A stretch of DNA of 64,000 bases from Malacoraja senta. Its lineage: Eukaryota. Below the pieces are notes generated by a model. The model was given only the letters and a program-made list of their open reading frames with translations, searched no databases and was not told the DNA's origin. The first letter of the stretch is position 1, and each line of letters starts with the position of its first letter. A program made the position numbers and the translations under genes. This document shows, in pieces, positions 1 to 13,300 of this stretch. Location of the stretch: assembly GCA_038087875.1 (NCBI GenBank), contig CM075991.1, forward strand, positions 11,410,001 to 11,474,000. The letters run 5' to 3'.

Positions 1-252
1 AATGGGTTCAGTATCACATCCCTGTCCAAATTAAGAATAAGTAATACTGGAAAAATATTAATTTTTGAAAATCTGATATAAAAATAGTAAGTGGCAGAAA
101 CCTGTTTTATGTTGGGCATTTTCTGTATTTATTTCACATCAACGTCATGACTCCACAATCCTTGGCCCTTGGCCTGCAAAATTGTACATTGACCATTTTT
201 GCCAACACTTACACTCGGTCTGCTATGGCCTGCTAGATCTCCCAGTCGCTAA

Positions 253-536
253 AGGGCCTGTCCCACTATACGAGTTTACCCGAGTTTAAAAAAAAATCAA
301 ACTCGTGGTAAGTACGTAGCGGGTACATCGTAGCTCGGGACGTCTCTTAGCGGCTCATAACGCTAACGGCAGGTACTCTGGAAACGCGGTAAGCTCGTGA
401 AGTTATTTCAACAGTGTGAAAAATGTCCACGAGAGCCCTGAGTACCTACGAATGGCTATTACCGTAATTCTCTGAGTTCGAATCAGGGTAAACTCGGGAG
501 AACTCTTGAATTACCTCATACAGTGGGACTGGCCCA
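253..536. mobile_element. PIF/Harbinger-like MITE, family A
   Basis: TIR AGGGCCTGTCCCAC...GTGGGACTGGCCC; interior similar to the copies at 7466, 14446 and 31632. Confidence 0.75.
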
Positions 537-1182
537 CAACTATTTTAAATCCTCACCCCATTCCCATATTGACCTTTCTGTCCTGGGCCTCCCCCATTGC
601 TAGAGGTTGCCTCACACTCTGCTTGGGTATCCGACAGCTCAACGATATGAACATTGAATTCTCCAATTTTAGGATATGACAAATCTCCCCGCCTTCTTCC
701 CTCACCAACCCCCTCCCCCCCCACTTATTTTCCTATACCCACTCCCCTCTTCTCTCCCCTATGCCCCACCTCGACTCACACCTATTTCTTCCCCCTCCAA
801 CACGTATATTCCTTCCTCTAGCTTCACAATTCACAACTCTTTAATCCCTTTTCTCTCACACCTTCTGTCTTTTCTGTGGCTTTTGTCCAACCATCTTTTC
901 ATCAAAACCCCCCTTCACTTGTATCAATCTATTACCTGCCACGCTTTGTACTGCCCCTCCTCCTCTCTTCTTGCTTTCTTCTCCACAATCAGTCTGAAGA
1001 AAGATCCCAACCCGAAACGTCACCTCTCCGTGTTCTCCAGAGATGCTGCCTGAGTTACTCCAGCACTTTGTGTCTACCTCAGGTGCTATAAAAGGTGGTA
1101 CATGTAAGGATTATCTTTACTGCTTAACGGTCTTGGTACTTATGGCAAGTATATATGTGTGAAACAGCAACTCCTTTTGCAG

Positions 1183-1329
1183 AGCTTGTCCGACCCGAAC
1201 AATTACCATGAGTTCTGCAGGTTATTGGCACGACTGAAGAGTAATTACCAACTGGGAGAGCTGGTGAAAGTGGAAAACTACCCTGAAGTCATCCGCCTAG
1301 TAGCCAATTTCACTGTAACTAGCCTTCAG
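1183..1329 (+). CDS. XPO7: XPO7 exon (SLSDPNNY...VTSLQ)
   Basis: ttttgcag| acceptor, cag|gtacga donor, 147 bp, phase 0/0. Confidence 0.95.
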
Positions 1330-4300
1330 GTACGACAACCAGCTACCTTTCTGGAGATGTTTATGAAAATGCATTTTGTTTATAGAATAGATAATCGTCA
1401 GTGGATGTATGTTGGGTGAATGAGCAACCTGTGGTTGTTAATACCTTTAGGAGAGATGTATGCCAGCATTTTGCATTAGTTTGAGATGCTTTGCTGCTCA
1501 ATCGCTACACAACATTTGAGCTGGGAACATTATATGACCTGCCAGTATCCAAAGTCTGTAAACCATACATGTTTCTGAGTCTATGCTGGCAGTAACCTGA
1601 CTTGGGTTGCCAATATCCTCAGGGTGTTAACAGCAGTATGAGTTTGATTGGTACGTACGTTATTTGTTAATGCGAGTTCCCTTCCGCAGTTGACCTTGCA
1701 TTCAAAGATGCAGCATTAAGTTGGTGGGAATTGAGTTAAAGACATATAGTGAGGTGCTAGTCAACACTTTTGGAAATTAAATAAGATTTATAATTTTCTC
1801 ATGTTTAGTTGAGATCTAATCTACATTGTATTTGATTAACCTATTCCCTAAACGAGTGCACAGTCAGACCTGATTCTTATGTGAGGTTGACACCAATAAA
1901 GAGTTGCCAGAAAGATGCATTGGTGGCCAAGAATTTCCCACTCTGGTAATTCTAGGTTAATGTTTTCTTGTGATTTCCTCCTGTTTTTTTTTCTATAGCA
2001 TTGGGAGTTTGCCCCTAACAGTGTGCACTACCTGCTGAGCTTGTGGCAACGCCTGGCTGCCTCAGTACCATACGTCAAAGCCACAGAGCCACACATGTTG
2101 GAGACGTATACGCCCGAGGTCACCAAAGCCTACATCACCTCCAGACTAGAATCCATTCACATCATTCTGAGGTACTGTGATGGACTGTTACTGAGCTACT
2201 CTGACCCTGGCAAAGCTCACAGCAACCTATAACTATGAAATGAGAAATGCGTACATGGTGTTTTTAGTCGAGGTAGTTTAGGGAGCGTATGCTGGGAGGG
2301 GCAGGTGTTATTGAGGCGGTGGCTGCCCAGTGAGAGGTGACGGGCGTGTTTGTCTCCACAGGGACGGGCTGGAAGACCCGTTGGACGACACTGGACTGGT
2401 TCAGCAGCAGCTGGACCAGCTCTCCACCATCGGCCGCTGTGAATATGAGAAGACCTGTGCGCTGCTAGTCCAGCTTTTCGATCAGTCCGCTCAGACGTAT
2501 CAGGAGCTATTACAGAGCGCAAACGCTAGTGCCATGGATATCGCCGTACAGGAAGGTAAGGAAAGGTGGAAGACAACGGCAACTTCTCATGTTCATAGAC
2601 ATCATAGAAAATAGGTGCAGGAGGAGGCCATTCGGCCCTTCGAGCCAGCACCAGCATTCATTGTGATCATGGCTGATCGTCCCAAATCAATAACCCGTGC
2701 CTGCCTTCTCCCCATATCCCTTGATTCCACTAGCCCCTAGAGCTCTATCTAACTCTCTTAAATCCATCCAGTGATTTGGCCTCCACTGCCCTCTGTGGCA
2801 GGGAATTCCACAAATTCACAACACTCTGGGTGAAAACGTTTTTTCTCACCTCAGTCTTAAATGGCCTCCCCTTTATTCTAAGACTGTGGCCCCTGGTTCT
2901 GGACTCGCCCAACATTGGGAACATTTTTCCTTCATCTAGCTTGTCCAGTCCTTTTATAATTTTATGTGTTTCTATAAGATACCCCCTCATCCTTCTAAAA
3001 TCCAGTGAATAGAAGCCTAGTCTTTTCAATCTTTCCTCATATGACAGTCCCGCCATCCCAGGAATCAATCTTGTGAACCTACGCTGCACTGCCTCAATCA
3101 CAAGGATGTCCTTCCTCAAATGTTCTGTTATATCAATCTTTGGTCTGTTGCACATGCACAAACCTGATCTCTTTTTTTCTGATAATGTTCTCTCCTAACA
3201 TTCAACGTTGTGAAAAAACATGCAAACTGCTGGATTGGCATGTTCTCCAGAGAGTTACTCCAGCACTTTGTGTGTGTTTTTATAAACCAACATCTGTAAT
3301 TCCTTGGTAGACACAAAATGCTGGAGTAACTCAGCGGGTCAGGCAGCATCACTGCAGAGAAGGAATGGGCGACGTTTCGGTTCGAGACCCTTCTTCAGAC
3401 CAAAATGTCACCCATTCCTTCTCTCCAGAGATGCTGCCTCACCCGCTGAGTTACTCCAGCATTTTGTGTCTACCTTCGATTTAAACCAACATCTGCAGTT
3501 CTTTCTTACACACCTGTAATTCCTTGATAGACACAAAATGCTGGAGCAACTCAGCGGGACAGGCAGCATCTCCGGATACAAGCTTACAACCCAGTGGATT
3601 CTGCTGGGTTGTAAGCTTCTATCCAGAGATGCTGTCTGTCCCACAGAGCTACTCCAGCATTTTGTGCCTATCTTCGGTGTAGACCAGCATCTGCAGTTCC
3701 TTCCTACACATTTCGTCTGTAATTCCTTATTGCTCCATTTAATATTGTGAATGGTTACATCAACACATTGCACCTTGTTTCTCAGTGTGACCACCATCGT
3801 GGTTACGGGCTAAGGCTACCAGTGGCTGTGTGAAGTGTATTTCCATAGAAGTTCTCAATTCCATGGCCATTTAGCAAAGTGCCACAAAACCCATATTCCT
3901 ATTCTGTTACTGGACAACACTAAGCAACTGCTGATAATATTCATCTGCTGGTGATCGTGTATGCAATATTCTTTCCCAGCTATTGCACATGTGTGAATGA
4001 ATAGTGCGTAGATGATCCCCATCCTGTGAGTTATTGATTATTGATGGGCTGACTGATCTTCTCCCAGGTCGACTGACGTGGCTTGTTTACATCATTGGGG
4101 CAGTGATTGGGGGCCGAGTTTCCTTTGCTAGCACGGACGAGCAGGATTCAATGGATGGGGAGCTGGTTTGCCGGTGAGTCCTTAGTTGCCGAATCCTGCC
4201 TACCTGTATGCAAGGCGCGGAGGTTACGCCCACTGTGTCAAGCTCCAGTGAGGCCTCTGAGGGGATTCTCATTGTGGGGAAGAAAGTTCACCTGCACTCT

Positions 4301-7300
4301 GCCGATGCACTATAGCCGGAAGATAGACACAAAATGCTGGAGTAACTCAGTGGGACAGGCGGCATCTCTGAATAGAAGGAATGGGTGACGTTTCGGGTCG
4401 AAACCCTTCTTCAGACGGACTCAGACTGAAACGTTACCCATTCCTTCTCTCCAGAGATGCTGCCTGTCCTGCTGAATTGCTCCAGCTTTTTCTGTCCACC
4501 TTCGATTTAAACAAGCATCTGCAGTTCCTTCCTATACAAGGAACTGCAGATGCTGGTTTACACCAAAGATAGGCATAAAACAGAGCAACTCAGTGGGACA
4601 GATACCCGAAACATTACCCATTCCTTCTATCCAGAGATGCTGCATGTACTACTAAGTTACTCCAGCATTTTGTTCAATCTTCGGTGTAAACCAGCATCTG
4701 CAGCACCTTCCCACGCATTATTCGGGAGGCTGTGCAGATGTGATCATATATATAATTAATGTAATGAATCCACTAGAAGAAGACACAACCACTGGAGTAG
4801 TACAGCAGATCAGGCAGCATCACTGGAGAACGTGGATAGGTGATGTTTTAGGTCGGGTCGGCTTCAGGCTGATCCAGGGGTCCCGACCTGAAGCGTTACA
4901 ATTCCATGTCCTCCAGAGATGCTGCCTGACATGCTGAGTTACTCCAGCAGTTTGCGTCTTTTTTTGCATCTGCAGTTACTTGTATCTCCTTGGCAGACCA
5001 CTGGTTCTCTTTAAGATTCCACATCTGCTTCAGCTTGTTTGAACCTGTCTCAGTTGTTCCTCTGTCCAGGGTTGTCGCCCATTACCTGAACCATTGCACC
5101 AGCATTAAACCGTTTGTGTGTTTAAGAGCTTGCAGAAGGCGTTAAAATAATCTTTATCAATGAATGTATTTTCTGCGTCCCATATCTGGAGCTAGGTCGG
5201 AGGGCTTGCTGGCAGTGTGCACTGGAGACACCTGACTGTGGTTTATGGTTCCTTTGCAGAGTTTTGCAACTGATGAACTTGACTGATTCTCGACTGGCAC
5301 AGGCTGGCAATGAGAAGCTGGAACTGGCCATGCTCAGCTTCTTCGAGCAGTTTCGCAAAATCTATATCGGAGATCAGGTTCAAAAATCATCCAAGGTAAA
5401 AAGGGGTGAAGTTATATTGTGTGTGTGTGTGTCTCTCTCTCTCTCGCTCTCTCGTTCTCGCGCTCTCTCTATCCCCCGACTCCGCTATCTTTAAGAGCCC
5501 TATCTAGCTCTCTCTTGAAAGTATTCAGAGAACCTGCCTCCACCGCCCTCTGAGGCAGAGAATTCCACAGACTCACAACTCTGTGAGAAAAAGTGTTTCC
5601 TCGTCTCCGTTCTAAATGGCTTACCCCTTATTCTTAAACTGTGGCCCTTGGTTATGGATATGTTAATAATAATAAGAAAGTACAGTCCAATTGTGATGCT
5701 TGTGAAGGATCCCTGAGCAGCCGGAGGTGTGGCAGATTGTTGAGCCCAGTTATATGTTGTAGGTTAAGATTAGCATGTTTACACCCCAGCGGTATGAACA
5801 TTGACTTCTCCAATTTCAGGTAGTCCTTGCTTTCTCCCTCCTTCCCCTCCCCTTCCCAGCTCACCTACAGCCTACTGTCTCCGCCTCTTCATTTCTTCTT
5901 CCCCCCTCCCCCTCCCCCTCCTACCCCACCCCACATCAGTCTGAAGAAGGGTCTCGACCCAAAACATCACCTATTCCTTTGCTCCATAGATGCTGCCTCA
6001 CCCGCTGAATTGCTCCAGCATTTTTGTCTACCTTCCAGTAACATGCATAATCACACCATCCGTGATTGAATGCACGGCTAAATGTTGTATATCAGAATGT
6101 GTCGGAAGGAACTGCAGATGCTGGTTTACACCGAAGATAGACACAAAACGCTGGAGTAACTCAGTGGGACAGGCAGCATCTCTGGAGAAGGAATGGGTGA
6201 CGTTTCGGGTCGTGACCCTTAAGAGTTGCTGCCTTACAGCGAATACAGCGCTGGAGACCCGGGTTCGATCCCGGCTGCGGGTGCTGTCTGTACGTTCTCC
6301 CCGTGACCTGCGTGGGTTTTTCTCCGAGATCTTCGGTTTCCTCCCACACTCCAAAGACGTACAGGTTTGTAGGTTAATTGGCTTGGTATAAATATAAAAA
6401 TTGTCCCTAGTGGGTGTAGGATGGTATTAATGTGTGGGGATCGCTGGTTGGCGCGGACCCGGTGGGCCGAAGGGCCTGTTTCCATGCTATATCTCTAAAC
6501 TAAACTAAAGTCATGAAACCAAGGTCCTGGCTAACTGAGTGGGTGTAATAAATCTCTTGGCACCCTGAGGACAGTCAGATTTCTCACAGTATCCTGGCCA
6601 ATATTTATCCCGCAATTAACATCACTAAAGCTAATTAACTGATCATTTATCCTCTTGCTGTTGGTAACACTTTCCTCTATTCAGCCTAACTGTGTCAGTG
6701 TTTCCCCACTCGACACCACATTGGCCAGTGTCCCGCTGGTTAGTATTTTTGGCCTCTCCTGACTCTTTTCCTCTCCTCTGTACAGTTGTATCGCAGGCTG
6801 TCGGAGGTCCTGGGACTGAACGACGAGACAATGGTCTTGAGTGTTTTCATTGGGAAAATGTGAGTGTGTACACTTATGTGGTTAAACTGATTCTGCTTAT
6901 GACAGTCGCAGGGCAGCTGTAGTAGACACTGTGGGCAAGTGGTGTCATCATCAGGATCGTTAGATTATATTTAAGAAAAAAACGCATTCAGAAATTTGGT
7001 TTTACCATTTTAAAAGTTATTTTCCCCTTTTGCGGTCAGACTTTGTTTTTCAATGAACTCCCATTCAATCTAACAAGCATTATTTTAGTTTAGTTTAATT
7101 TATTGTCATGTGTACCAAGGTACAGTGAAAAGATTTTTATTGCATGCTATCCAGTCAGTGGAAAGACTAGGCATGATTACAATCAAGCCGCCCACAGTGT
7201 ACAGATACAGGATAAAGGCAATAACATTTAGTGCAAGATAAAGTCTAGTAAAATCGGATTAAATATAGTCTGAGGGTTTCTAATGAGGTAGGTTGTAGCT

Positions 7301-10300
7301 CAGGACAGCTCTCGAGTTGGTGATAGGATGGATCAGTTGCCGGATTATAGCTGGGATGAAACTGCCCCTGAATCTGGAGGTGTGCCTTTTCACACTTCTG
7401 TACCTCTTGCCCGATGGGAGAGGGGAGAAGAAGGACTTTGGAGAGGGTGCAGACGAGGTTTATTATGGCCCTGTCCCACGGTACGAGTTCATTCCATGAG
7501 CTCTCCCGAGTTTGCCCTGATTCGAACTCGGAGATTTACGGTAATGGCCGCTCGTCGGTACTCGGGGCTCTCGTGGACATTTTTCAACATGTTGAAAAAT
7601 CTTCACGAGTCTTCCCACGAGTCTGCCGTTAGCAAGTCTTCCCGAGTACCTGCCGTTAGCGTTACGAGCCGCTAAGAGACGTCCCCGAGCTCCGACGTTC
7701 ATTCTCCGTGCTTACCACGTTTGATTTTTTTAAAACTCGGGAGAGCTCTTGGAATGAACTCGTACAGTGGGACAGGGCCATTAGGATGATACCTAGATTA
7801 TTCAAATATTAAAGGACATAGCTTTAAGGTGGGAGCAGCAAAGTATAAAGGGGAAGCTTGGGGCACAGGGGGTGGTGATGAGTGCCTGGAACATGCTGCC
7901 GGGGATCATGGTTGGGGCAGATACAATAATGGCATTTTAGAGACCTGGATAGGAACATGGGTATGATATGGATTATGTACAGGCAGATAAGAATTGGTCG
8001 GCATCATGTTCAGCACAAACATTGTGGGCCGAAGGGCCTGTTCTTCTGCTGTACTGTTCTATATTCTTTCAACAATATCATTTACTTCTATTACCGTAAC
8101 TAAACTGGAAGAGTTCTACTGAGACGTAAATGCAAGGTGACGTGTTTTGTGACTTGTAACTATTTGTTTGTTGTCAAATAGAATCACCAACCTGAAATAC
8201 TGGGGGGGGTGTGAGCCAATCACCTCAAAGACTCTACAACTGCTGAATGACCTCTCCATTGGATATCCTTTGATCAAAGTCTCCCAGTATGTGGGGAGCA
8301 ACTAGTCTTCTCAAGGAATAATCTGTGGCACACGGTTTGTTTCAAACAGGAGTAGATCGTCAAGTCAAGTCAAGTCTATTGTCATTGACAAGCATGGGGA
8401 GGTAGAGGAACAATGATAATCTTGCTCGCAGCAGTATAACAGGCATACAGACAAAGACAACATGATGGTACAGCGGTAGAGTTGCTGCCTCACGGTGCCA
8501 GAGACTCCGTTTCAATTCTGACTAAGTGTGTTTTCTGTACGGAGTTTGTACTTTCTCCCTAAGACCACGTGGGTTTTCTCCGGGTGCTTCGGTTTCCTCC
8601 CACACTTCAAAGACAGGTTTTGTAGGTTCATTGGCTTCTGTAAAATTGTTCCTAATGTATGTAGGATAGAACTAGTGTTCGGGGTGATCGCTGGTCGGCA
8701 CAGACTCAGTAGGGTTAAGCGCCTGTTTCCACTCTGTATCATAAGATCATGTGATAGGAGCAGAATTAGGCCATTCGGCCCGTCAAGTTTACTCCGCCAT
8801 TCAATCATGGCTGATCTATCTCTCCCTCCTAACCCCATTCTCCTGCCTTCTCCCCATAACCCTTGACACCCGTACTAATCGAGAATCTATCTATCTCTGC
8901 CTTAAAAATATCCATTGACTTGGCCTCCACAACCTTCTGTTGTTAAGAATTCCACAGATTCACCGCCCTCTGACTACAGAAATTCCTCCTCATCTTCTTC
9001 CCAAAAGAACGTCCTTTAATTCTAAGGCTATGACCTCTAGTCCTAGACTCTCCCACTGGTGGAAACATCGACTAGAGATAGTGGCATCTCTTGTCTAAAG
9101 TCTAATAAACATAAATGATACATAAATTACACAAATTGTACAAGACAATGGAAATCTGAAGTAAAATAGGTAAATATTGGATCTGTGGAGAGAGAGGAAC
9201 AGAGCTATCATTTTGGGTTGCTGACTTTTCACTGACGAAAGGTTGTTAAGTTGAAAGATTACTCATTCCTCTCATAGCAGATGCTGCCTGACCCATTGAG
9301 CATTTCTGGCATTTTCTACTTTTATTTTAATCCCTTTATTATCATCCCTATGATTTACCCATATTTTAAAATAAGCTATGAAAAGTATAAAAAATACAAT
9401 TAATAACAATAGACAATAGGTGCAGGAGTAGGCCATTCAGCCCTTCAAGCCAGCACTGCCATTCAATGTGCCTATTGACAAGTGGACATCAAATATAGCG
9501 AGAGGTTTAGGCTGGGTCTCTATTCCATGGAGTGTAGGAAGATGAGGGGAGATCTCATACGGATATATAAAATCATGAGAGGAATAGATCGGGTAGATGC
9601 ACAGAGTCTTTTACCCAGAGTAGGGGAATCGAGGACCAGAGGACATAGGTTCAAGTTGAAGGGGAAAAGATTTAATAGGAATCCGAGGGGTAACTTTTTC
9701 ACACAGGGTGGTGGGTGTATGGAACAAGCTGCTAGAGGAGGTAGTTGAGGCTGGGACTATCCCATTGTTTAAGAAACAGTTGGACAGGTACATGGATAGG
9801 ACAGGTTTGGAGGGTCATGGACCAAGCACAGGCAAGTGGGACTAGGGTAGCTGGGACATTGTTGGCTGGCGTGGGCGAGTTGGGCCGAAGGGCCTGTTTC
9901 CACACTGTATCACTCTTATGACACTATGACTCTAATTGTGTTGAGGGAGGCTGATGGAACAGTCAATGATGTTAGCCTTTGGTTTCTAGTGATAGCCCTG
10001 CTGAGCTGTGGCAGTGATTGTGGGAGAGTAGGCTTTGGGCTCTATAGCACCTCTAAGGTAATTAAATATCCACAGGTTTACAGGTCAATGTGGCTGGGGT
10101 TCATACCCTTCAAACAGTTCCCAGATACAATGTTCAAGAAGGAACTGCAGATGCTGGAGAATCGATGGTAGACAAAATTGCTGGAGAAACTCAGCGGGTG
10201 CGGCAGCATCTATGGAGCGAAGGAAATAGGCAATAGTTTGTATGGCAACCTCTGCTGCTTTCGAAGGAATAGAGGAGGTATAAGAACAAGCGGAGAATGA

Positions 10301-13300
10301 TAAAATATTTTTTGAAAAATGCCATTGATAGTTTGTAACCTTGACTTAATATCTACATACAGCAGTGTCAGGAAGCTGGTAAAACTCACTGCCGTTCAAT
10401 TCATGCTGAACAATCACACAGTAAGTGACTCTTACTTCTCATCTTGTTCACACCTCTTCGCTCTGGCATTCACTACCCTGGCTACATGTTTAGACAATGG
10501 AAAACATGGGTTTTATTTCAATACATTGATTGTTGATGAAGGACATTGGTGTCACTGTGAAACCTTTCCAAACTAGAAGCATGTGGGTAAGCTCATTCTT
10601 CCTCTGTTGATGTATTGTGTGATATTAATTGCCAGAATGAGTGAATAATGATCTAATGTTCACTTCAACTTGGCAGAGCGAGCACTTTTCATTCCTGGGC
10701 ATCAATAACCAATCCAACCTGAGTGACATGCGTTGTCGAACCACCTTCTACACAGCACTCGGACGATTGCTTATGGTCGATCTAGGTATGTAACAAGCAA
10801 TGATTTAACTATAGACACAAACTTTGATCTGGTATTTTCTTGGTTCACACGCTTGATCAATGGTGTTTTATCATTAATGTTTTATTATTATTAATGTTTA
10901 GTCTTTTCTGAGTCATTCGTAACTGTCACTGTATGTCATAGATAGATAGATAGATATACCTTTAATAATCCTTTACAGGAAATTACAGTGCCACGACAGC
11001 TTCAAGACAGACATAACACCACACATTTCCTCAAATAGCTTCCATACTTAACAAGTTAAAATACAAGTTAAAATACAATTAATGAAAAAAAAAAAAAAAA
11101 GTGCAGTTATTTATGCGCATTGTATAACCTTATAGCAGCTGGTAAACAGGACTTCCTATGTCTCTCAGTTTTGCACATTGGTGCAATCAGTCTCTGACTG
11201 AAGATGCTGCTCTTGATCTCCTTCAGGGCATGGAGTGGGTGAGTGGGGTTGGTCATTATTGAACCCAGTTTGGCCTCTGCCACCTGCTGGACCGTTCGTT
11301 GCTCAGCCCCGACCACTGAGCCGGCCTTCCTGATCAGCTTGTCCAGTCTGTTTTTGTCCGCTATGCGGGCGCCATCTCCCCAACATGTTGTTACTTGTGG
11401 GCGGAGCACCGAGGCAAATTCCTTGTTTGTGAATACTTGGCCAATAAACTTACTTACTGAAGAACTGAAGAAGGGTTTCGGCCCGAAACGTTGCCTATTT
11501 CCTTCGCTCCATAGATGCTGCTGCACCCGCTGAGTTTCTCTAGCATTTTTGTGTACCTTCGATTTTCCAGCATCTGCAGTTCCTTCTTAAAAACTTACTT
11601 ACTTACTTACTTAAATGCTGGAGTAACTCAGCGGGAACATGGTCTCGACCCGAAACGTCACACATTCCTTCTCTCCAGAGATGCTGCCTGTCCCGTTGAG
11701 TTACTCCAGCATTTTGTGTCTGTCTTCAGTTTAAACCAGCATCTGCAGTTCCTTCCTACACCAATGATTTGCCTATTATTAGTCTGTACTCTAGATTAGA
11801 AACTGAAACTTTGAGAGTGTATGGCCTAATTAACTTTACAGTTAACATGTTTTCATGGTGTTGATTTGCAAGTAATCCTAATTTGTGTTTTCTAAACATA
11901 TGAACTTTACAAAGCGGTGATGTTAATCTGGAACCTGTCCAGATTATACAGCGTGATATCTACTGTTGCTGGTTGCATTTCTGCAGTACTGCCTTTTTTC
12001 AGCGCTCTTCAAAAATAACTTCCCCTAAAGCAAATGTTCCCAACCTGGGGTAATTCTACCCTCAGGGGGTAAATTTTGCCTACCCAGGGGGTAAATCTGT
12101 TGATTCTGGATCTGTACATATCTTTTCTCATTGACGGACTGTTCATCATTAGTTGTTCATAAATAAGTGAAATAACATTGTGATGTGCTATTAAAGTTGC
12201 CGGGGGTAAACGGGACGAAAAAGGTTGGGAACCCCTGCCCGAAAGGCTGTAGGATTTCACCATTCATTCAGGGGTCCTGGAAGCACAGTCAATAAAGGAA
12301 TAGTTCAAGCAAGCTTTTGAAGTACAGAGTAAGGTGGGCAATGTAGATCAAATTGTTGTAGGACATGTAAGGTAAATATCAGGGACCTTACAAGCATCGA
12401 TGCGCAAGAGACACCTTGGGGTACAAGTCCCCAGCTCGCTGGAGATGGAGACACGATGGATAGGGTAGTGAAGAAGGCATTTGGTGTAAGGTTGGGAATA
12501 TCATGTTGTAACTATACAAAATGTTGGTTTGATCACAGTTGGAGTACTGTGTGCAGTTTCCATTGCACGTTAAAGGCAGGATGTGATGGCATTAAAGAGA
12601 GCACAAGAGATTCGCCAGGAAGTTGCCTGGAGTGGAAGATTTTAGTGACTGGCTTTCTTCCCACTGGAACGCAGGTGGTTGGCAGGTGACCTTGCAGAGG
12701 TGTACAAAAGTAGGAGGGGCATTGATAGGATAGAAGGTATTTCTTATCCGGGCAGGGCAGTCTAGAGCTCGAAGGCACAGGTTTAAAGTGAGAGGAGAAA
12801 TGTAAAGGAGATCTGAGAGGTACGTTTTTCACACAGAGAGTGGCCATTATCTGGAATGAGCTACCAGAAGAAATGATAGACAGGTACAACTACAACACTT
12901 CAAGGGTATTTCACGGATACAGGGAGACTTGGCTAATGCAGGCGTGGGATTCCCCTAGATAGGAAGCATTGTTGCCACAAGGGCAAGTTTCTGAGCTGTC
13001 TGAGTTGATGATTCTATGAATGCCACAGTGATGGGTGAATGGCACTGTAATAAAGCAAGGCGAGGTGAAGTGGAAAGGTTGCACTGTTGGGAAATGGAGG
13101 GCGTGGATGTGAGATAGACAATAGACAATAGGTGCAGGAGTAGGCCATTCGGCCCTTCGAGCCTGCACCGCCATCCACTGTGATCTTGGCTGATCATCCA
13201 CACTCATTACCCCGTTCCTGCCTTCTCCCCATATCCCCATATCCCCTATCTTTAAGAGCTCTATCTAACTCTCTCTTGAAAAGCATACAGAGAACTGGCC

